A stretch of 64,000 bases of DNA, from contig JALDZX010000008.1 in assembly GCA_022813865.1 (NCBI GenBank), positions 186,001 through 250,000 on the forward strand, read 5' to 3'. The position numbers were made by a program, and so were the translations under genes. The notes under the pieces are model-generated. The model made no database searches. It worked only from the letters and a program-made list of their open reading frames with translations, and was not told the DNA's origin. Position 1 is the stretch's first letter; every line of letters starts with the position of its first letter. This document shows, piece by piece, positions 35,671-48,104 of the stretch. The DNA is from Xylographa opegraphella. Taxonomy: Eukaryota.

Positions 35671-37929
35671 CTATATCCTTTGCTTGGGAGACTCGGCTCG
35701 CTTTCGTTTTCTGTTTGGTGACACTTCTTGCATAGCTGTTCTCGCGACGAAACCACCATTCTGAGTACCAATGATCCTTCCAGCTCGTTCAAAGTCAATA
35801 AGCATTACCCTTTTTACTTCTCGATTCCACAGAATATTAGGCGAGCGGATGTCCAAATGGTTTACCCCTTCAAGTCCAACCTGGGCCACTGTTCGCTGGA
35901 TCTCGCTGTGTAGCCATGGTAGCCTGCCTAGCGTTCCTACTTCGTCCCCCCCCCAGGACATCAAAAGCATGTGAAGTATTCTGACGTTCAAATCAAGGTC
36001 ATACCACTCCAGGAGGTCAACGTTCCCCAAATACACTGGAACTGCGGTTCCTTGGATGGCCGCCATTTGTCGATACATCGCACCTTCCTTCTTCAAATCG
36101 CTTACAAAGGCCTTCACCGTCCCCTTGCCAACAAATACATAGCCATATTGAGCCAGAGTGATCCTGAAAAGAGCCCCTCGCGCACCCTGTATACCTAGCG
36201 GCTCGCAATTATGATCAAGGTCGTCCGCGAGCTGTTTTTGAACGAGACTGGTGAAATCGAGTGTGGAGATGGCGTGATTTTCACCATATCTGCGATGTTG
36301 CAACACGTTGGGGCAATTTCCGTCCAGCGGCAGCCTTCGTGATATACCTAGTAAACATCGTTGTGTGCAGTATGACGACTGTATACTTTTACCACCGTTC
36401 ACACTGCTGCTGCTGCTGCTGCTATTATTGTTATTACCACCATCTCTTCTCTCATTGTTGTCTTTAGCCCCTCCATCCTTCCTCTCTTTAGTCGTGTTAC
36501 CATTGCCTGCACTGGATATGTCCCTCCTCGGCTTCCCGGAATCCCTTGACGCGTCCGGATCGTCTTGTCGATCATTTCGAGATTCATGTAACTTATCGTC
36601 GAGACATTTCTTTCTTGCCCTGGTGAGTACTGGAGATGACCGGCCGCTTGGATCCCTTCGTCCTTTGTAAGCAGATGGTGGTGTGAGCTTCCTTTCGCTT
36701 TCAGGGATTTGCCGGAGAATGTTCTCGTAATCGACGTCGTACTTTTCCAACTTCTTTTTAGCCTCTTTTCGCCACTTATGACTCCTCCGTACTGACCGAC
36801 AAGCCATCACACACAAAACTATCACTTGGCTGATAGCTGTTCGTGCATAAAGAAAGCCGGCCTCGTTGTCGTCAACTTCATCATCCGGAACAGCCACATG
36901 GTAGTACAAAGTCGTTGGATCGTCAATCTTGATATGCAGAAAAACGAATGCCTTCCCGGTTGTGAGGTAGCTGTACTCAAGACCAGTTTGAATCATATAA
37001 TGGAAGGCTTGCGTTGCCACAGCTGCGACCAGTTTGTCTGCATTGTATTGTAATTTTGCACCTTCTTCAACCGGAATTGTGATCCGTTCGATAACTTCTT
37101 CCTTCACATTCATCTCTCGGAAACCTGCTCGAATGTTACCGACCAGAAGCTTGTGCGGTGGCTTATATTCAACGATGAACAACAACTGACGCAGGCCATC
37201 CATATTTTTGTACACGCAGAACTGATCTGCATAGGGCCGCACTAATTTTGAATCGATACTGGACCCAGAGTTGGATGATGAGAACGAGGACGATCGAGAC
37301 GACTGTGGGCTCGTTTGAGGGGTTTGGATGTGTAAACGCTCTCGGACTTCTTCTGCCGTATCGCTAAGGGAGTTCGCATGGTTGTCAAATATAATACCCT
37401 GCCCAAGCTGAAGTCCTTGCTGGGCATCCTTTCCGTTGGTCATCTGGCTGATAACGTCACTAACCATGTCTTCTACTGCTACCCGCTCGTAATGCTCCAG
37501 ATCCTGTTCACTTGCAAGACTTCGGCGGCAGATCTTCCGACCTGTATCTTGAAGGCTGATGATGGGACTAAATAGTCGTGGGGCTGGCCCATTTGGCGGA
37601 TGAAGACACTTGTATACACTATCAAAGGTATCTTGCTGGAGCTGTGGAAATTCTTCCCATTGCCTCAAAGTCTTGGGGAAGTATTTGTTGCTCGGATTTG
37701 TAAAGCCTCTCGTTGTTAATCTCTTATCAGTCTCAACAACAAGTGGCCCGTGAAGATGCTCGTGGCAAGCTTCTAAGAACTCCTCGAAGGTTGTCTGTTG
37801 AGTGCGCTTGTGTTCTTCCTCGGCGCGTAGGACTGCTTCGCGTCGAGCTGCCTCTGCTTTGTCGGCACGGAGATTTGCTTCGTTGAGAAGCTGCTGAAAA
37901 TGCTGGAGCTGTGCTGCTTGAGAGGACAT
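35671..37929 (-). CDS. Intronless coiled-coil + PD-(D/E)xK nuclease-like + kinase-like protein
   Basis: N-terminal coiled coil (EANLRADKAEAARREA), ADQFCVY...FIVEYKPPHK (D...ExK), YCTQRCL Cys motif, C-terminal kinase-like QGARG...FVGKG...HLDIRSPNILWN...LIDFE. Confidence 0.8.
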   Translation of the reverse strand: MSSQAAQLQHFQQLLNEANLRADKAEAARREAVLRAEEEHKRTQQTTFEEFLEACHEHLHGPLVVETDKRLTTRGFTNPSNKYFPKTLRQWEEFPQLQQDTFDSVYKCLHPPNGPAPRLFSPIISLQDTGRKICRRSLASEQDLEHYERVAVEDMVSDVISQMTNGKDAQQGLQLGQGIIFDNHANSLSDTAEEVRERLHIQTPQTSPQSSRSSSFSSSNSGSSIDSKLVRPYADQFCVYKNMDGLRQLLFIVEYKPPHKLLVGNIRAGFREMNVKEEVIERITIPVEEGAKLQYNADKLVAAVATQAFHYMIQTGLEYSYLTTGKAFVFLHIKIDDPTTLYYHVAVPDDEVDDNEAGFLYARTAISQVIVLCVMACRSVRRSHKWRKEAKKKLEKYDVDYENILRQIPESERKLTPPSAYKGRRDPSGRSSPVLTRARKKCLDDKLHESRNDRQDDPDASRDSGKPRRDISSAGNGNTTKERKDGGAKDNNERRDGGNNNNSSSSSSSVNGGKSIQSSYCTQRCLLGISRRLPLDGNCPNVLQHRRYGENHAISTLDFTSLVQKQLADDLDHNCEPLGIQGARGALFRITLAQYGYVFVGKGTVKAFVSDLKKEGAMYRQMAAIQGTAVPVYLGNVDLLEWYDLDLNVRILHMLLMSWGGDEVGTLGRLPWLHSEIQRTVAQVGLEGVNHLDIRSPNILWNREVKRVMLIDFERAGRIIGTQNGGFVARTAMQEVSPNRKRKRAESPKQRI

Positions 37930-38499
37930 GGCGACACGTAAGATGCGGCATGGGATCAATGAATGTGTTGTTTTTGGATGGATTTGAATCTACATTGATG
38001 CGGTTGTTGTGGTGACGTATCGTACATAGATTATATTAGTATTAGTCATCACAGAAACCCTGCGAATCAAATGACTCGCCTCTTTAGCATTCTGTACATC
38101 AACTAATCCTCGAGCATCCATGGAGAAGTCTTCCAGACTATATGGTGCATACATTCCAATGCAAGTAAACATTCTCAGGTTTCCCCCATAGTTCCTCAGT
38201 GCTTGCCATTGACCGTAAAGTCATCAAAAAGCGTGTCGAGAAATGCAAGCGGGCTGTAGAGGGCAAGACAAAGACGATAGAGAGCTACGTATTTACGACC
38301 ATGAATGATAGTTAATGGTCCTCCTATTCCCAGAAAACCCAGTTCTCATAGCTTCTGCGCGCCCGCTCCATTTAATGGAGTAGGTCATCCTTACTCCACA
38401 CCGGGTTGTACTATGATAATGCTACCTTGGAAGGAGTTGTTAGCTTTGATTACGAGGAACTGCTGCCCACCCGAAGACGTATTCAATTGCAGGTAGTGA

Positions 38500-39030
38500 C
38501 TGATAATCTTAGCCCAAAGTTTATTCCAACGTTCGTAATAGTTCGCATGTATTTAAGCAGGTGTTTGGCCCCTATTAAGTAATATTCTGCTAGGTCGCTT
38601 ATATATTAATTTTGTTGAAAATCAGGGCGTTAGCAGTCTGTGTTGTTGGTCCTTTACTATAGCCGATTAGGCCTAGCTTAGTGCAGAACTAGAGGAGTCT
38701 TCTGGAGCCCCGTGTCCAGAAGAACTCTTCACCTTCTTAGTGATTAAGCAATGCACTGTTACCTGCTGCCATTACCTGTGCCTAGTGATTAGTTTCAATA
38801 ATTTCCTTTATATAGCAGTCATGTTCAACTTATGTTATAATAATTTTAAAATAGTAAGCTTTAATATAATTACTGTACGATGACTATTACTTTTGGAGAA
38901 CGATTAGCTTGTTACTGTGCCTTTCTATTTATTTATTAACGAATCAACCCAGATCCTTAATCGAACTATACTAGTGAGAAGCAGGATCGTAACACTTCCG
39001 TAGCTTAGTATCATTATTAATAGATTTGTA
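38500..39030. repeat. AT-rich, TpA-rich segment (probable RIP-degenerate sequence)
   Basis: ttatgttataataattttaaaatagtaagctttaatataattac etc. Many TAG/TAA triplets, with an abrupt return to C-rich sequence at ~39035. Confidence 0.5.
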
Positions 39031-39351
39031 TGGTTGACCTGACTCTGCTGTGACCCCGCTACATCGGCCCCTAACCAGCCCCAGCAAAGGCGCCAAGAGA
39101 AATCACGTTTACCGCACCCGCTCCACAGCTCGTCTCCACTCCACAGTCCCAAAACCTGATACTTCGTACTTTCCTCATCCTCAACCCACCTCAACATCAC
39201 CACCCCAAAACATACAAACATCCTCTCTCACACCCACAATTCCAAAGCCTACTCCACCCATCCACCAAACCCCCTCCTCACCCCCCAAAACCACCAGTAC
39301 ACAACCACAACCACCTCACACAAACCCCCCCCCCCAAACCACCCCGCAAAA

Positions 39352-39525
39352 ATGTGCACCGCCCCCGCCTCCCCACCCATTAACGGCGTCATCCCCACCT
39401 CCAGCAGCAGCAGCTCCGTCACCACAGTCGGCAAGCCGGCCGGGACGGAGCCCGGCAGGACGAAGTGCATCGAGTGCGACGGCTACGAGTGCTGCTGCAT
39501 CCCCATTCCGTGCACGGTCATGTGA
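39352..39525 (+). CDS. 57-aa Cys-rich peptide with C-terminal CaaX prenylation box
   Basis: MCTAPASPPINGVIPTSSSSSSVTTVGKPAGTEPGRTKCIECDGYECCCIPIPCTVM*. Strong start context (CAAAAATG), C/A-rich leader, C/G-ending codons. Below the ORF-track length cut-off. Confidence 0.8.
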   Translation: MCTAPASPPINGVIPTSSSSSSVTTVGKPAGTEPGRTKCIECDGYECCCIPIPCTVM

Positions 39526-40129
39526 GCGGTCAGAAGGTGGGATGCCGTGGATGGGGAATGCACGAGATACGAATTGCGGGATAGGGAAAGGGTATGATAA
39601 ATTTCTTGGGGGGTTTTTATTATGATTCGCATGGATTACGATGGATGGGGTGAGTGGATGGCAAGAGTCGATGATGGGGAGTGTGGTTGGGGATGACATA
39701 CTACAATTGGCAATTCTACACAACTGATTTCGCGTGGGGGGTGACCAATAACGACTCTTCATGTGGCAGTTTGAACAATACGACTCTTCATGTGACATAG
39801 AAGGTTCTTCAATCCATACAAGCACAAGCCATCTTTTCCGCGTGCTGTATAACCATGAGCAGCCAGAAAGACGCTATCCCAAACAACTAAAGGAAGTAAG
39901 CACTTCGCACAATGTACGTAATGACTGAAGACGAAACCATACAATGCAAGGGTATCCGCAAAATACGCTTCAAACCATTTCATGAAAACCAAATTCTCCC
40001 AAGCCATACAACCACATAATCCGGTGCCGGGTTAACGATAGTAATCTGTGTGGTTCCCACAATTAAAGAGTCTCCGAACTCGACGCTACTAGTGCGGTGA
40101 ACACCCATGCAGCTGACACTCCGCAATGA

Positions 40130-43100
40130 TCATGGCTTTGGCGATCCCAGCGAGAGACTGGTCCTGGAGCCGGTAGCCTTCGAAAGCATCGTCACGAGCC
40201 TGAATGAATGTGAGCAATCGGATAGCGAGCAAACAATACTGCGCTCTCACCTCTCGGACTCGCCAATCATATCCTCATTCACTCCCTCAAGTTGGCGGAT
40301 CTGCTCCTGAATACCCGCCATCTATCACATCATAGCGTTAGCAAGTCTGTCCTAGTCGTCATGCCCATTGACAAGAAAGCTCAGTGTAGGAGAGGTAAGA
40401 GGACAATCGAAGGAGATAGGAGTAGATAGAAAGGGTGGTCCCACAGTTCCTTCGATCGACGAACCCAGCTCCTCGGCTTCCGCTTCTCTTTCAACTTCCA
40501 CGAAGCCATCATCATTGGAATCCGCTGGCCATCTGCTGGTGCGCAGCCCCTTCTTCGACACCGGCGTGGCGGCAAACTCTTTCCCATCACTTCGCTTGGT
40601 CTTCATTTCCGTCAGCTCGGCCGTAGTGACTTTGAGTGCAGCTTCCATCTCGCGGACACGCGTGGCATGAGCTTCAGCGGTCCTACTGATTTCGGCTATC
40701 TGCTTCTTCAGCCTATCGTTCTTGTCACGCTCCTTATCGGCGATTATCTGCAGTGCATCGAGCTCTTGCATGATTTCGGAGCCTACTGCAGTCTGACTGA
40801 GTCGCCTGTTTTTCGCTGTTGTCATTTCCGCTCGGACTTTCTCAAGTTCTGCTAAAGCGTTCTGGTGACGGTCCTCATGCTCTTTCGCTGCTAGAAGAGC
40901 TTTCTCGTGTTCTGCAGTCAGATCTTTTTGACGCGTCTCTAAATCTTGTACAAGTGCAAGATTCGTATCAAGCTTTGCTGACATCACTGTTTGTTGGTTT
41001 TCATGCTCCTTAATAGCTGCACTCAACTTATTATGGGCATCCTGCGCCTCTTGTCGGGCAACCTCTGCAGCATGCAGATGCTCTTGAGCAAGATCCTTGG
41101 CTGCTGGGAAGTCCGTGCGGAATTTCTCCAGCTCTGCCAACTGGCCGACCAGCCTATCCCTGACCTCTGCACCTTGCTTCCTCTCCTTTTCGCGCTTTTC
41201 TGCCTCAATACTCATCGTCTCTTGAAGCTTGGTCAATTCGAGTTCATGACTTCGCCGTAGCGATTCAAGTTCTTCCTTCAGCGCAAGGGCCTCCGAAGCG
41301 TCAGAGCGCATTCTGTCCGCCTCCTCCGATACAGCAATTAACTTTTCGATAGTCTCCTTGTCTTCTGCGAGCAAGTTTCGTAGATCTTCTAGCTCTATTG
41401 ACTGTTGCGAATTTACGGCCTCAATATGCACTTTCTCCTCCTGTAGCTTTTCGAGTGCCAGCTGGCTTTGTGCAACATCCCTTTCGGTTATCGTGATTTG
41501 TGATTGAAGCTCTTCGAGCTCCTTAAAATGTTCGTCCCGAGTTTCACGCTCGATGCTGCTATGTAATTCTCGACTGGATTGAAGTTCGTTTTCTGCATTC
41601 GCTAGATCTTTGCGATGTTGGAGTACTTGCTCTTGTAGGTCCGAAAGGACCTTCTGGTGGCCTTCTCTGATAGCTGTCAAATTCTCGCCATGCTGACGCG
41701 ATAGGTCATTGATAGATTCCCTATGTTTCTCCGCAGCCTTTTCCACTTCCTGAGCTGCAGCAGTTTCGACCGTATCTCTAGCTTGCTGAATATAGCTTTC
41801 ATGACTTTGCTTGAGCTCCTCGAGCTCATGGTTGTGTGATTCTGTCATTTTGCGCGACATTTCAGTGTGCTCTGCCTTGAGACGGTTGAGAGAAGCTTCC
41901 GAGTTATCTTGCGCCTGCTGCAAATCTCGCTTCAGTAAGTCGTACTTCTCTTGTAGGTCTTTAAGTGCGCCGTCTGCCTTTCGCACGCTTTCAGCCTTCA
42001 TTGCTTCCACCTCATCAGCATGGTTCTTGCGAACGCTCTCTAATTCTGCTCTGTGTTTCTCCGTGAGATTGGAGCTCTCTGAACTTTTCTCTTGAAGTGC
42101 TCGTGCTGTGTGTTCCAGGTCCTCTTTCATTTTGCTAATGATGGACGCGTGTTGCTCTTCCTTTCCTTGGCTATCTTTGTCGAAAGTCTCCAAGACCTTT
42201 TTCAAGCTGGAAATCTCTCCGGAAGCATCCTCAAGGGCCTTTTCAAGCAGTGTTTTTGCTTCAGCATTGGAACTACTCTGGGCGCTGACGTTTTCTAAAT
42301 CTCGTTGCAATTTCGATTTAGAGGCAGACAGAGCTGATAATGCTTCATTATGCTCTTGTTTGACTTTTTCAAGATCCGTCCGCAGACGTTGCAGCTCTTC
42401 GTTATGATCAGAAGCTGCACTTCGGCTTCTTTGATTCAAATCATCTTTGGCTGCTTGCAAGGCCAACTCATGCTCGGAATGTACTTTGGTCATAGTCTCG
42501 TCATGCTCTTGAATTAACCGCACTTTCAGAGCATCAATTTCACGATCCTTGCGTTCTTTCAAAATCTGTAACTCATCCTGAAGACTTTCGATGACCTGAC
42601 CCATGCTGTAAATCTCACTTCGTGTGGTTAGCTCAATGTTTTGGCGCTCATCCATCGTTGTAGCTAAATCGGCTTCGAGCTTGCGAATTTGTTGTCGGGA
42701 CTCTTGTTCGACTCGTTGTAGCTCCACGACGTGCTGAGAAGTGGTAGCTTCTGCATCCTCCAGCTCATGGTTGTGAGTGATTACTAGTTGCTCCAGCTCG
42801 CGCTGCATAGTTAAAGTGTCTCCCTCTTTCATCTCGATCAATTCGTCCTTCTCTTTCAGAATGACCTCGAACTGTGTCTGAGCATCCTCCAGCTCATTTG
42901 CCTTTCTCTGCTTTTCTTTCTCAATTTGACTCTTGAGTATTGACAACTCTGATAGTAGGGTTTCTACTCTTGAAGCTGCAGCGGAACCACTGATCTTTTC
43001 GGCATTCAATTGATCATGTAGAATTTTAAGTGACTCTTCATGTGCGCGCTGTTGGTTTTCCAGAAGCCGAGCGGCGTCCTGTGAACCTTTTTCGACCGAA

Positions 43101-44585
43101 GATGTTTTGGCTTTTTCTATATCCCGTAAAGATCTCTCGATATATTTTATGTGTTTGGCTTCTGCTTCGCCAAGCTGACTGCGCAAAGCTTCGGTTTCGG
43201 CTACGTGTACAACAGAAAGCTCTTCGATTTTGGAGCTGTGCTCGAGGCGGAGGTTCTCAGTAGTAATCTCAAAGTCTTTTGATGCTTGTGCCACCTTTTT
43301 GCTATAGTCGTTCATTTTGTTCTGCGTATACTCCAGATCGGCTTCCAATGTCGCAATCTGTGCGGATAATTAGTCAATATATCAGCACAATACCTTAGGA
43401 GGCTGGTTTACTTACCTTTTCTTGGCTGGCGGTAAGCGCCGAGTTGAGTTCTTCGATCTGCTTCTGGGCTAAGGTATCCGGTATTACATTTAGATCCGAG
43501 ACGTTCGTGGGCAGCTGTTCCTCTCTGATTGGGGGTGTGCCGTCGGTTGAACTGAGAGGCGGCTTACCCTCCTTACGTCGGGCTTCTTCAAGCTGTTCGC
43601 GCAAGTCGGCTAGAGTCTCGTCCACTTTTCGGCCATACTCTTCTTTAACCTCATCGCTTTCCTCGCCATCTTCAGCCATAGCAATTTTGAGCATCTCATT
43701 CACAAGCTCCATCTCTTGCAGTCTTTGCTCGATTGTGACGGACATGGTTGATTTGCGAGGACCCAGACCAGGCCGTACATGTCTCATAGCCGGCGCAGGT
43801 GAAGACTCCGCGGAATCGGTTGATTTAATAGCTGGTAGTGGTGCTGGAGATGCAGGAATAGTACTCAATCTCTTCTTGGAGGCATCCACCGCTGAAGCAC
43901 TATGAACACCTCTGGTTGAGCTGAGAGGAGCCCGTCCACTTCGCACTGTGCTTGAGGTAACCCCGGTCCTTGCTGGTATTGTAGCAGACTTGATGGCTAC
44001 CGTCGTAGGACTTGTGACAGAAGGTCTACTTGATGATATGTTCTTGTCACTTAGAGCAGCGCTACCGAGTGTGGAGCGCCGGTCTGCAGATGTCAACGAT
44101 TTATGGCCAGTGGACTTGGTCAAGGCAGATGGAGCAAGTGACGCTCGCTTTGCCGCACTGGAAACTATAGGCCTCTTGTTTTCCGTCCCTTCAGCTGCAG
44201 GCATTTTCCTTGTCTCATCTACTGAAGTAGTCGACAGCCTCGGCTTGTGAACTGAACTTGACGCTGTCGATGTCACTACCCCGGGGACGGGTCTCCGAGC
44301 AGAGGATGTCGCTATAGGACGAGACGGTGGCTTACTGAGACCATTACCGACAGTTGACCGAGTGTTTGGAATAGGGTTGGTATCCGATGTTGGCGCCGAT
44401 GCTTCTGTACGCTTGATAGTACTTGTTGGACGTTTTGGAGGTATACCATTCCTTCTCGGAGAGGATATTGCAGGTTTGTTGCCTTCTCGGGAACTTGCAT
44501 CCCGAGTAGTCAACGTCGGACTCTCGGGGAGCCTCTCCTCAGCAGGAGGAGTACCCAGGGGAGTCTCGGAGCCCGTCGAAGTCAT
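40130..44585 (-). CDS. Large coiled-coil protein with basic Ser/Thr/Pro-rich N-terminus
   Basis: Exons ~44585-43415, 43358-40445, 40322-40251 and 40200-40130. About 1000 aa of heptad-rich E/K/L/Q sequence, RKSTMSVTIEQRL motif, C-terminal GLRTSRW and MAGIQEQIRQLE. Confidence 0.8.
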
Positions 44586-45359
44586 GGCTCCGGGGATATT
44601 TTCTTGTACCTTTGACCAAGTGGTATACTCAATAAATGAGCCGGCTCTCCTGTAGCCAATGAATTACTAAATGGAGCGTGCAAAGGGATGTATGTTTATG
44701 CAACAGCTCTAACGGATGGATTTTCGAAAAGAAATGCGTATCAACATATCAGACGTGTGCCTAGTTCTCGACGCGGGCAGAAGCCACGAGATGTGCGAAT
44801 GGAGCTCCAACGAAGAAGCTGCGACTTCAAAATGCGAGTCCATTAATCTCCTTGACCGCTGAAGGGGAGTCGCGTCGGATCATAAAAGTCCAGCAGGGGT
44901 GTCGCTCGGCCACGCAGCTGGTTCCCGCGTCAAGCAGCAGTCGCGGGGGCCGCTAATACTGCAGGTCTACCTTATTTTGCCTTTAACCCGTTCGATGACT
45001 TTAATCCAGACAATGGCCGTGCCACATTGGCTTGGCACCTGAACCGGCGGTGGAATGAGCGGAGAGTCGTACACGATTCATCACATTCTACGCACCTGCA
45101 TGCATGGGGCAATCATGAGAGCAACACCTCCGCCGGCCTAAGACTATGTTCTCTCCACACTACACTAATATGACTACTGGGGAAAATGCTACGTGTGGCT
45201 TCCACAGTGGCCCAAGCCATGAGATCATAAGAATCCCGCGCAAGGATTGTCTACACGGAACATAACGTATTTATAACAAACCTGATTTTGTTTCCTAGGT
45301 CGCAGATAATAAAAAGGTAGAACTCTGTATTTCTCTGACTAGCGACCGATCATGTCTTT

Positions 45360-47853
45360 CTATACAAGGCTGCTCACCCATTCGGGTATGCGTAAGCCGC
45401 TGAGTACAAAATTGCTCTCTATCGCTGGTTTTAGTATGAGGGCGCGCCTCCTGATATGTTCCGGTAACTTATTTTGAAGGAGAGGACTATTGAGTGTAAT
45501 AAGATAGCGCCGTTCCGCTTGAGATGGTGTAAGCATTAGACACCTGCAGGGACAAGTGGAACGAAGATACATACCTGGAAGATCTTCAAGATTCCACAGT
45601 AGTCGCAGAAGCTCACGATCTTGGGTTTCCGTCCACTGATCCAGTTCCAAAGGATTCTGGCGGTGTTGGCGTATGAACTTGTCGACTACATGTCCTCCTG
45701 ACAGTCTCAGAACGTCGTCTGCGGCCTGCCGTTGCTTTCGCTCCCGCTCCATTTGGTTCTTCTCCCGCTTCGTCTGCAACCTTGCTTCTCTTGCTTGGTA
45801 ACTCTTTAACAGGGCCCTTTCATCTGCCACCCTCCGCTTTTCATCTCGCATCTCGCTCAGCTCCGTCTCAATGGTATCTCCGATATTTCGAAGGTAAGGT
45901 AGTATTTTCCGGCTTGTGGCCCCTTTTATGGGCAGTTTCTTAATAGGGAGGGTTTGACCTTTTTTGTCCGCGGATTCACTGAAGGATTTAACTTTCTCGC
46001 ACAAATTAATCACAAGGCCCTGGACACCAAGAACATGCTTTAAAGACTCTATCTCCTCACCAGCCGAATAAAGCCTTGATTGCGCATTGAGGGTGTTCTT
46101 GAGAAGGAACACCATTTGAGGAATTGCGTGGACATAAATATCCTGGATGCGTCCTACATTCCTAGTCGCATCGTTGGAAGAGCGAATCTCCTCGATTGCC
46201 AGTTCAAGCCAGAGTGAATAATCTCGCAGGCGCGAACGAAGGTTGTGTTGGCTTTCTGTATTAGTGTACTCGATGGAATTGGCTTGCTGGCAGCAGAGGC
46301 TAACTTTCTTGACTTTCTCCAGGAATCTCTTGATAGCGGCCGATAGAAGTGAAATTTTGTGGTCTACGCGCCGCTCACCCGATACCGATCTTCCTTTTTT
46401 CAAACCGACACTCCGAGCGGCTTGAAGAACGCGCTTAAACTTCTCATCTGCGCTAAAAATCTCCAAAGCCATTGCGGCGCCTCTAGCTTCTGTTTCTAGT
46501 CTGGGATCAACTGGTTGTACATCCCGATCATGTAATGTTTCACCTTCACCTTGAATGCTGGTTACCCCTTCCTGTAGCTCTAAACGATCGGATTGCGCAA
46601 CGAAAATTTCCTCGGTCTCCCCTGGATCCTTCCCCATAGACTCGATAGAGCTTGCATCATCATCACTGGATGATTCTTCGTAATCCTCAGTTCTAGAACC
46701 TTCAGCTACCTTGCTGGGAGGTGTGTTCGTCTCCGTGGAGATCTCTGAAGCTCTGACTGAAGCCTTCACAGACTCTAAAGATATACGTCCTGCCCCCGAT
46801 GTAATTGATGAAGATCTACTTGGCATGGAACACTCCTCTATCTGAGGCTTTGTTTTTCCAGGCACCCTGGTATTGGGTAACCTTTTCGCTTTCACCATAA
46901 TATTCGCGACCTTTTCGGGCAGATCTGAGTGTTCGAGTGATGAACCTGACCGAGAAGCATGAGCATCAATAGAAGCCGATAGTTTCTTCTTCTCATTATG
47001 TGATGAAATTTTCATATTGCCTTTCGGTGGTCGACCACGCTTTCTGGGCAGCACCAAGGTTTTATTATTTGCCTCTTGTGGCTCACTTGTAGGTTTTACG
47101 ACCATACTGCGACGACGATCATCAGCAGTGTCTTCTCGGCTCTCTTGTACCGCATTGTTATTTCCGTGAAGAGATAGCGTTGATTTTGTTGGCTTCAAAG
47201 GGGAGTCTTCTGGGACGTCGTAAATCTCCTCAGCTGTACGAGCTTTTGGGATTCCACCGTTATTGCGAGTAGGTCTCTGCGTGGGCCTCTTAAGCCGGCC
47301 ATTGCCGGATGCTGGAGGGGTCAACCGACGAATAGGCCGCTCAACAGCTACTGCTTTTGGAGGACGACCTCTCAGCCGCTTGCTTGGGGATTGTAAAGCA
47401 TCAGATGCCAGCATTCTTTTCTTGGTTGCTGTCCCGGTCGGTTGGAGAACTATCGCAGGTGCCAGCTGGCCAGACGCATTCCTTGAATGTTCGTCTAAAG
47501 CACTGTTGAGGATCATGGCGGACAGCTGAAGCACTTTATCGTCCACATCTTCAGGCGCATCCAGCATGCGCTGCGCCTTTACAGCCACAGCTGTCAGGTG
47601 CTCCGTTGACATAGGAGCATTGATTATGGTTTCACGGCGGAGCTGTTCACTGGGTGAGTCACCAAATTCAATAGACTGCTGTTCTATATAGCTTGTTAGA
47701 GACATCCAACATAGTAGTGTGAAATATATTACCAACGTCAGAGTCGGCAAGGTCTGTGTCCTCGTCGGATACAGTGTCCGCATCGAGCTGAGGCTCACGA
47801 AGCAATTCCTCTACTCGGGGTCTCTTGATTCCGACTAGTGAGGGCTTAGCCAT
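45360..47853 (-). CDS. Putative nuclear AT-hook protein
   Basis: Two RGRPP AT-hook motifs (LRGRPPK, KRGRPPK) and a C-terminal WTETQDRELL Myb-like helix. First exon MAKPSLVGIKRPRVEE at 47853, with probable introns ~47736-47680 and near 45573-45522. Confidence 0.7.
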
Positions 47854-48104
47854 CCCAGTTGACGCGTACGGACTTATATCCGTCTTGTGCCTATACACAG
47901 CAATTCAAAATCACATTACATCCGTAGAATACAGCACTTTCTCACGCGTAGTTTAGAGTTTCTACCTGCTGCCTCGTGTTTCAAACGGTTACGAGATGAG
48001 CTAACCTGTTTCGGCCGGCATGCTCAGCCCTAGGTATTCTAGTCCTCCATATCCCATACACAGAATGGTTCGTTGCCATTCTGAATACATGCTGTCTTTA
48101 CTAT

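Noticed and set aside
36403..36440. (CTG)n and (TTA/TTG)n runs
   Set aside because: Simple coding poly-Ser/Asn tract within the nuclease-kinase linker.
15000..39500. Possible Starship or other giant mobile element
   Set aside because: No tyrosine-recombinase captain, transposase, or defined terminal/target repeats seen in the window.
39750..39795. Direct repeat ACGACTCTTCATGTG x2
   Set aside because: Only two copies in a 3' intergenic region; no array or element structure (not CRISPR-like).
39050..39825. 191-aa Pro-rich and 169-aa Gly-rich ORFs
   Set aside because: Products of the C/A-rich leader. The short CaaX ORF has the better start context and codon bias.
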